Assembly: GCA_026387175.1 (NCBI GenBank)
Contig: JAPLME010000008.1
Location: 13,091-77,090, forward strand
Source of the DNA: Candidatus Omnitrophota bacterium
GTDB lineage: Bacteria > Omnitrophota > Gorgyraeia > 2-01-FULL-45-10
Length of the DNA: 64,000 bases
Reading direction: 5' to 3'
Position numbers and translations under genes: made by a program. The notes below the pieces were generated by a model that saw only the letters and a list, made by a program, of their open reading frames with translations, did no database searches and had not been told where the DNA came from. This document shows positions 57,934-64,000 of this stretch, in pieces (within the stretch, counting starts at the first letter, position 1; every line of letters starts with the position of its first letter).

Positions 57934-58860
57934 ATGAAGATAAAGGATGTTGGCGAGATAAAGCTGATCGAGCGAATCTCTAAAGGGATAAAGCTGGACG
58001 CCTCGGTGATAAAGGGTATCGGCGACGATACTGCCGTTATGGCCTGGCCCGGCCAGGCTACGGTGGCGGGCAAGTATCTGCTCTACACTTGTGACATGCT
58101 TGTCGAAGATGTCCATTTTACGCGCCAGCGGACTACGCCTTTTCAGATAGGATGGAAAGCCATGGCCCGAAACCTGAGCGACATAGCGGCGATGGGAGGT
58201 GTGGGGCGGTACGCGGTCGTTTCGATTGGCGTGGATCCCGGGAAGGGCCTCTCTTTTGTCGATGAGGTTTATAAAGGCATCAAAGCCGTTTGCAGTAAAT
58301 TTAAAGTCAATATCGTCGGCGGAGACATGTCAAGGTCCAAAAAGACAATTATAGATATATCGCTTATCGGAGAAGTTGAGAAACGGAAACTTGTGACGCG
58401 CTCGGGAGCGAAAAAGGGAGACCTTATTCTAGTTACAGGGTCTTTTGGCGGTTCCATAAAACGTAAGCATCTGAATTTTACTCCGAGGATAGATGAGGCG
58501 AGACAACTTGTGAATAATTTCAGGGTCAACTCGATGATCGATGTGACGGATGGCCTTGTTCTGGACCTCTCCCGAATACTCAAAGCAAGCCGCATGGGCG
58601 CCAGGATACACCAAAGCCTGATCCCGGTATCTGAAGATGCCGAGTCTTTTGAGAGCGCGATCACCGATGGGGAGGATTTCGAGCTTCTATTCACGATGGG
58701 CGCCAATGAAGCCCGGCGTTTCTTTAAGACGGGCTTCGCGAAGATGAAGACGCCGGTCACTCTTATAGGCGAGATTACCGGTAAAAGAGACGGTTTTACG
58801 CTGGTCACAGATGATGCTAAGGAGAAGAATATAAAACCGATAGGATATCTGCATTTTTAG
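57934..58860 (+). CDS. thiL: Thiamine-monophosphate kinase
   Basis: GIGDDTAV, NLSDIAAMGG, GGD, IDVTDGL, GEDFELLF. Confidence 0.94.
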   Translation: MKIKDVGEIKLIERISKGIKLDASVIKGIGDDTAVMAWPGQATVAGKYLLYTCDMLVEDVHFTRQRTTPFQIGWKAMARNLSDIAAMGGVGRYAVVSIGVDPGKGLSFVDEVYKGIKAVCSKFKVNIVGGDMSRSKKTIIDISLIGEVEKRKLVTRSGAKKGDLILVTGSFGGSIKRKHLNFTPRIDEARQLVNNFRVNSMIDVTDGLVLDLSRILKASRMGARIHQSLIPVSEDAESFESAITDGEDFELLFTMGANEARRFFKTGFAKMKTPVTLIGEITGKRDGFTLVTDDAKEKNIKPIGYLHF

Positions 58861-59280
58861 ATGTTATTAATATCAAAAAGCGTTGAAGAGACGATCAAAA
58901 CGGGAGAGCGCCTCGCCCGAAAATTAAAGCCGGGCGACGTTGTTGCTCTCATAGGCAACCTTGGCGCCGGTAAGACGGTCCTGACTAAAGGTATTGCTAA
59001 AGGCCTTGGCGTAAAAGACGTCCGCTATGTTAATAGTCCGACGTTCGTCACAATAAAGGAGTATAAGGGAAAGATACCTCTGTATCACTTCGATATTTAT
59101 AGGCTGAATAATGCGAATGTTCTGGATTCCGAAAGCTATGAAGAATATTTTTACGGTGACGGAGTGACTGTGATAGAATGGGCCGATAAGATCCGCGGTA
59201 TCCTGCCGAAAAAATATATTGAAGTGAAATTATCCGTGGCGGGCGAAGGCAAGAGAAGAATTGAGATAAAGACGAGATGA
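58861..59280 (+). CDS. tsaE: tRNA t6A biosynthesis ATPase TsaE
   Basis: GNLGAGKT, SPTF, HFDIYRL, IEWA. Confidence 0.95.
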   Translation: MLLISKSVEETIKTGERLARKLKPGDVVALIGNLGAGKTVLTKGIAKGLGVKDVRYVNSPTFVTIKEYKGKIPLYHFDIYRLNNANVLDSESYEEYFYGDGVTVIEWADKIRGILPKKYIEVKLSVAGEGKRRIEIKTR

Positions 59281-59945
59281 AGCTTTTAGCTATAGACACA
59301 TCCACTGATTATTTAAGCCTCGCCGTGATGCGTGATGATAGGGCTCTTGCGCGCATACACAGGAAAGTCCCCAGAAGCCATTCAAGCCTCTTGATGCCGA
59401 CGATTGACAGTATCCTTAAGAGATCAAAAACCGCTATCAAGGATCTGGACGGATTCTGTTTAAGTATCGGCCCCGGATCATTTACAGGACTGCGCATAGG
59501 AGCGGTGACTGTTAAGGGCCTGGCGTTTGTAACGAAGAAACCGATCGTCGCGGTGCCGACGCTTGACGCGATTGCCATCAATGGGAAGAGGTTTTGTGGT
59601 ATAATATGTCCGGTGCTTGATGCGAGAAAGAATAAGGTCTACGCCGCGATCTACAAGTCTGATGGTAGTAATGTAAAGAGAATCTCGGCCTTTCTTCTGG
59701 TTAAGACAGCCGATTTATTGAAGAGGCTGGAAAGATACGATGACGTGCTATTTTTAGGGGATTTTGCCGAAAGGATCGTAGGCCTCTTACCAGGCGCTAA
59801 GATAGCGGCGAAATCCTGGCAGCCGAGGCCCGAGGTTGTCGGAGCGTTAGGCGCGGACTATTTTAAGAAGGGAAAATTTATCAAAGTCGAAGATCTGGAA
59901 CCTCTCTATATTTATTCGAGAGAGTGCGATATAACCGGCAAATGA
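59277..59945 (+). CDS. tsaB: tRNA t6A biosynthesis protein TsaB
   Basis: LAIDTS, GPGSFTGLRIG, DARK, EPLY. Confidence 0.95.
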   Translation: MKLLAIDTSTDYLSLAVMRDDRALARIHRKVPRSHSSLLMPTIDSILKRSKTAIKDLDGFCLSIGPGSFTGLRIGAVTVKGLAFVTKKPIVAVPTLDAIAINGKRFCGIICPVLDARKNKVYAAIYKSDGSNVKRISAFLLVKTADLLKRLERYDDVLFLGDFAERIVGLLPGAKIAAKSWQPRPEVVGALGADYFKKGKFIKVEDLEPLYIYSRECDITGK

Positions 59946-61096
59946 GAGATTTAGCTGTAAGAACAAAAAACGGTGTTACTCATACCCACCATCGCCCTAC
60001 CTGGGCGGAGATAGACCTGAAAGCTATCGAATACAACTATAGGCAGGTCCGTAAGCTGGTCGGCAAGGGTGTCAATATAATGGCCGTTGTAAAGGCCAAT
60101 GCATACGGACATGGCACGGTCGAGGTCTCTAATGCGCTTGAGCACGTCGGAGTCGACTATCTTGGCGTTGCGACAACAGATGAGGCTGTGCGTTTAAGGG
60201 ATTACGGCATAAAGAGCCCTATTCTCGTTCTGGGTTCGGTCCTTCCTCCCGAAGTCGGTGTTGCCGTTGAAAAAGATATTACTCTCACACTTTGCGATGA
60301 GGAGCTCTTCGGCGCCATAAGAAAAGAGTCGAAGAATGGCGGCAGGTTGAAGGTCCACATTAAGATCGACACCGGTATGGGCCGCGTCGGAGTCTGGCAT
60401 GAAGACGCCCTTGACTTTGTAAAGAAAGTCTCTTCGGAAAAAGACGTGATCTTAGAAGGGATCTATACGCACTTTTCGAGCGCGGGGCGCGACGATTTCT
60501 TTACCGCTTACCAGATAGAGGCATTCGAGAAGCTGCTCTCGTCTGTCGAGAAGAATTGGATAAAGATACCTCTCAGGCACGCCGCGAATTCCATAGCGAC
60601 CGTCGATTTTCGCAGAGCTTACCTTAATCTCGTCCGACCCGGGCTTGTCATATACGGGATGTATCCGAAGCATACGTTTCCCAAGATAATAAAGCTGAAA
60701 CCCGCGCTGGAGCTTAAGACAAAAGTGGTATTTATAAAGGACACCCCTCCGGGCCGTTCTATCAGTTATGGCCGCACATTCATCACGCAGAAGCACACGA
60801 GGATCGCAACCCTTCCGATAGGCTACGCTGATGGTTACGGCAGAAAACTCTCCAATAAGGGCGAGGTCTTGATAAGGGGCCATAGAGCCCGCGTGGTTGG
60901 CAAGATCACGATGGACCAGACCATGATCGATGTCGGGCACATAAACGGAGTAAGGGTGGGTGATGAGGTTGTGCTAATAGGCAAGCAGGGCAAAGAGGAG
61001 ATAAGAGCCGAAAACCTTGCCCGCACAGCCGAATCGATAGCCTACGAAGTCGTTTGCGGCATATCAAACCGTGTTCCCCGCGTATATAAGCGCTAA
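59942..61096 (+). CDS. alr: Alanine racemase
   Basis: VVKANAYGHG, KIDTGMGR, RPG..YG, GYADG, YEVVC; ATG 59942 overlaps the tsaB stop. Confidence 0.96.
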   Translation: MRDLAVRTKNGVTHTHHRPTWAEIDLKAIEYNYRQVRKLVGKGVNIMAVVKANAYGHGTVEVSNALEHVGVDYLGVATTDEAVRLRDYGIKSPILVLGSVLPPEVGVAVEKDITLTLCDEELFGAIRKESKNGGRLKVHIKIDTGMGRVGVWHEDALDFVKKVSSEKDVILEGIYTHFSSAGRDDFFTAYQIEAFEKLLSSVEKNWIKIPLRHAANSIATVDFRRAYLNLVRPGLVIYGMYPKHTFPKIIKLKPALELKTKVVFIKDTPPGRSISYGRTFITQKHTRIATLPIGYADGYGRKLSNKGEVLIRGHRARVVGKITMDQTMIDVGHINGVRVGDEVVLIGKQGKEEIRAENLARTAESIAYEVVCGISNRVPRVYKR

Positions 61097-61129
61097 AAAC
61101 CCCCGCAAATAGCCCTATTTTTTAATCAT

Positions 61130-61159
61130 TTGACAATATATGAGCTAATATTATATAAT
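61130..61159 (+). promoter_or_regulatory. sigma70-type promoter for ilvD-ilvB
   Basis: TTGACA-N18-TATAAT. Confidence 0.6.
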
Positions 61160-61194
61160 CTAAGCTCTATTTAATTATTGACATGGGAGGATCT

Positions 61195-62850
61195 ATGCGT
61201 AGCGATAAGATTAAAAAAGGTATCGAAAGGGCAGGCGCCAGGAGTCTTTTATATGCCACAGGCATATCCAAGGAGGATATGGCCAAGCCCTTTATAGGCG
61301 TTGTCACTTCCAGGACCGATCTGATCCCGGGTCATATTCATATGCCCAGATTGGAGCGTTTCATTGAGCGCGGCATAGCTGCCGGAGGCGGTGTTCCATT
61401 CTTCTTTGGCGTTCCGGGAATATGCGATGGCATAGCGATGGGACATGGCGGTATGCGGTATTCCCTTGCCTCGCGCGAGCTGATAGCCGACATGATAGAA
61501 TGTGTAATGAAGGCCCATTGCCTGGACGGGCTCGTCTGCCTGACTAACTGCGATAAAATTACGCCGGGTATGTTAATGGCAATAGGGCGGCTCAATGTGC
61601 CGGCTATAGTCGTAACTGCAGGGCCCATGATGAGCGGCAACCTGAAAGGCAGAAGGCTGTCGCTGGTCAAAGATACGTTCGAAGCTGTGGGAAGATGTAA
61701 GAAGGGCGATATCTCACAGGATGAGCTTGCTACCCTAGAAATGTGCGCATGTCCCGGGGCAGGTGCCTGCCAGGGGCTCTACACGGCCAATTCGATGGCA
61801 TGCGTGACCGAGGCACTCGGCATGAGCGTTCCGGGGTGCGCTACGGCGCTTGCGGTATCGGCGAAGAAGGATAGGGCCGCTCAGGAGTCGGGCGAGAAGA
61901 TCGTGAATCTGGTGAGGCGCAATGTCCTGCCCAGAACGATCTGTCGCCGCGAGGCGTTCGAGAACGCCATAAAGGTCGACATGGCGCTCGGTGGCTCCAC
62001 AAATACGGTTTTACACGTGATTGCGGTTGCGAAGGAGTTCGGAGTGGAGATCCCTCTCGACATGTTCGACAAGATCTCCAGGTCGACGCCGCATATCACG
62101 AACATATTGCCCGGCGGCGAGCATTTTATGGAAGATCTGGAATCAGCCGGCGGCATTCCGGCCGTCATGAAGCGCATGAAGAATCAATTGAACGATGTGA
62201 TGACGGTTAGCGGCAAGCTGATAAGCCAGATCGCTAACGAGGCGCAGATACTCGATGAGGACGTGATACGCGACTACAAGACGGCTTATCACAGCGAGGG
62301 AGGTATAGCGGTATTAAAAGGCAACCTGGCCCCCGAAGGCGCCGTTATAAAGCAGACTGCGGTTTCTGAGGCGATGATGAAGTTCAAGGGCCGCGCCCGT
62401 GTATTCGATTCGGAAGAGGCCGCCATGCAGGCTATAATGGCCGGCAAGATAAAGAAGGGCGATTGCGTCGTTATCCGTTACGAGGGTCCGAAGGGCGGAC
62501 CCGGGATGAGGGAGATGCTCTCTCCGACGGCGGCCATTGTCGGCATGGGACTGGCAGATGACGTCGCGCTTATTACGGACGGCAGGTTCTCGGGCGGGAC
62601 ACAAGGGCCGTGCATAGGTCATCTATCGCCTGAGGCGGAAGTCGGAGGCCCGATCGCCATCGTTCAGGAAGGCGATGAGATAATTATAGATATTCCGGCC
62701 AGAAAGATAGAATTAAATATTAGTGCTTCGGAAATAAAGGCGCGTCTCGCGAAATGGAAAGCTCCGGAGCCGAAAGAGAGCGAAGGATACCTGGCGCGTT
62801 ACCGTAAGGCGGTCGGTTCCGCGTCCGAAGGAGCGGTGCTGAAGGCATGA
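61195..62850 (+). CDS. ilvD: Dihydroxy-acid dehydratase
   Basis: [38 protein letters not shown]. Confidence 0.97.
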   Translation: MRSDKIKKGIERAGARSLLYATGISKEDMAKPFIGVVTSRTDLIPGHIHMPRLERFIERGIAAGGGVPFFFGVPGICDGIAMGHGGMRYSLASRELIADMIECVMKAHCLDGLVCLTNCDKITPGMLMAIGRLNVPAIVVTAGPMMSGNLKGRRLSLVKDTFEAVGRCKKGDISQDELATLEMCACPGAGACQGLYTANSMACVTEALGMSVPGCATALAVSAKKDRAAQESGEKIVNLVRRNVLPRTICRREAFENAIKVDMALGGSTNTVLHVIAVAKEFGVEIPLDMFDKISRSTPHITNILPGGEHFMEDLESAGGIPAVMKRMKNQLNDVMTVSGKLISQIANEAQILDEDVIRDYKTAYHSEGGIAVLKGNLAPEGAVIKQTAVSEAMMKFKGRARVFDSEEAAMQAIMAGKIKKGDCVVIRYEGPKGGPGMREMLSPTAAIVGMGLADDVALITDGRFSGGTQGPCIGHLSPEAEVGGPIAIVQEGDEIIIDIPARKIELNISASEIKARLAKWKAPEPKESEGYLARYRKAVGSASEGAVLKA

Positions 62851-64000
62851 AGATGACAGGCGCGCAGATTCTAATAGAGTGTCTTAAGAAAGAGAAAGTC
62901 GAAGTGTTGTTCGGCTATCCCGGCGGACAGGTATTGCCGATATTCGACAAATTATACGACGCTCCGATAAAATTTATTCTCGTCCGGCATGAACAGGCCG
63001 CTGCCCACGCCGCGGACGGCTATGCCCGCGCGACGGGTAAGACAGGCGTCTGCATCGCGACCTCGGGGCCCGGCGCGACTAACCTGGTCACGGGCATCGC
63101 GACAGCCTATATGGATTCGATACCGATGGTGGCCATTACCGGACAGGTCAAATCATTTCTGATAGGTAATGACGCTTTTCAGGAGGCCGACATTACGGGA
63201 ATAACCAGGCCCATTACAAAACATAATTACCTGGTCGAGGACATTAAGGACCTGGCGCGTATAATGAAAGAGGCGTTCCATATAGCTTCGACGGGCCGTC
63301 CCGGGCCTGTGCTTGTCGATATACCGTCCGACATACAGATGCAGGAGGCTGAATTCGAGTATCCGGAAAAGGTTTCGATACGCGGTTACAATCCGACTTA
63401 TGCCGGCCATCCCGGACAGATTAAGAGGGCCGCTAAAGCCATCTCGGATTCGAAGAAGCCTATACTTTATGTCGGCGGAGGAGCTATAATATCCGACGCT
63501 TCAAAAGAGGTTACGGATCTTGCGATAAATAACGAGATACCTGTTACGATGACCCTTCTCGGGCTGGGGGCGTTTCCGATCACTCATGAGCTGTCGCTGG
63601 GCATGCTAGGTATGCATGGCACCGCGTACGCAAATCATGCGATAATGGACTCTGACCTGATAGTGGCTGTGGGCGCCAGGTTTGATGACAGGGTGACAGG
63701 GAAGCTCGATGCGTTCGCGCCGCATGCAAAGGTTATTCATATCGATATCGACCCGGCCAGCGTCTCGAAGAACGTTGATGTCGATATCCCGATAGTCGGC
63801 GACGCGAAGACGATCCTGCGGGAATTGAATAAGCATGTGAAGAAGCCGGATACGCAAGAATGGGTAAAGACGATCGCGGAATGGAAGAAGAAGTATCCTT
63901 TGAAATATAAAGAGGACGACGCCTTAAGGCCTCAGTACATATTGGAACAGATATTTGAGGCGACGAACGGCAATGCCATAATTTGTACGGAAGTTGGCCA
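62847..64000 (+). CDS. ilvB: Acetolactate synthase large subunit, 3' truncated by window edge
   Basis: My translation from ATG 62847: [27 protein letters not shown]...[15 protein letters not shown]...TSGPGATN...DAFQEAD. Absent from the ORF track because the stop lies outside the window. Confidence 0.95.
   Translation, partial: MKMTGAQILIECLKKEKVEVLFGYPGGQVLPIFDKLYDAPIKFILVRHEQAAAHAADGYARATGKTGVCIATSGPGATNLVTGIATAYMDSIPMVAITGQVKSFLIGNDAFQEADITGITRPITKHNYLVEDIKDLARIMKEAFHIASTGRPGPVLVDIPSDIQMQEAEFEYPEKVSIRGYNPTYAGHPGQIKRAAKAISDSKKPILYVGGGAIISDASKEVTDLAINNEIPVTMTLLGLGAFPITHELSLGMLGMHGTAYANHAIMDSDLIVAVGARFDDRVTGKLDAFAPHAKVIHIDIDPASVSKNVDVDIPIVGDAKTILRELNKHVKKPDTQEWVKTIAEWKKKYPLKYKEDDALRPQYILEQIFEATNGNAIICTEVG

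Noticed and set aside
4109-63857. Numerous 60-240 aa antisense or alternative-frame ORFs over housekeeping genes (e.g. 6164-6871, 42447-43157, 36316-36921)
   Set aside because: They are shadow ORFs of well-supported genes, with no recognisable motifs.

Overview
Bacterial chromosomal window from a diderm organism (lnt, lolC/E-lolD, mlaEFD) that keeps Firmicutes-like gene order (mcsA-mcsB-clpC..yacL-ispD-ispF-cysE-cysS; tmk-holB-yaaT-metG..tatD; spoVG). My inference is a PVC-group lineage, most likely Ca. Omnitrophota. Most of the window is housekeeping operons: holA, rpsT, murJ, uvrC, ogt, prfB with a +1 frameshift, secA, lnt, lysS, lol, ilvE, mcsAB-clpC, mla, isp, cys, tmk, holB, metG, tatD, mtnA, thiL, tsaEB, alr, ilvD, ilvB. 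Two things stand out. (1) Two AT-richer giant genes (9601-14028, 1475 aa; 44617-52836, ~2739 aa) sit in unrelated housekeeping regions. They share an upstream promoter/operator motif, an N-terminal signal-like peptide, inter-domain linkers and a C-terminal domain, but carry completely different enzyme cargo (kinase-like and malic enzyme, versus 2x radical SAM, ChaN/TIKI-like, nucleotidyltransferase, DUF89 phosphatase, uridine-kinase-like and wHTH). This looks like a co-regulated, polymorphic, modular exported-enzyme or effector family. (2) An ECF sigma / zinc anti-sigma locus carries a duplicated 103-bp element, with an ECF-type promoter and a covarying perfect palindrome, in front of both the anti-sigma gene and spoVG-yraN-comM. 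Several REP-like palindromes occur, some inside coding sequences. No rRNA, tRNA, CRISPR array or transposase was recognised.
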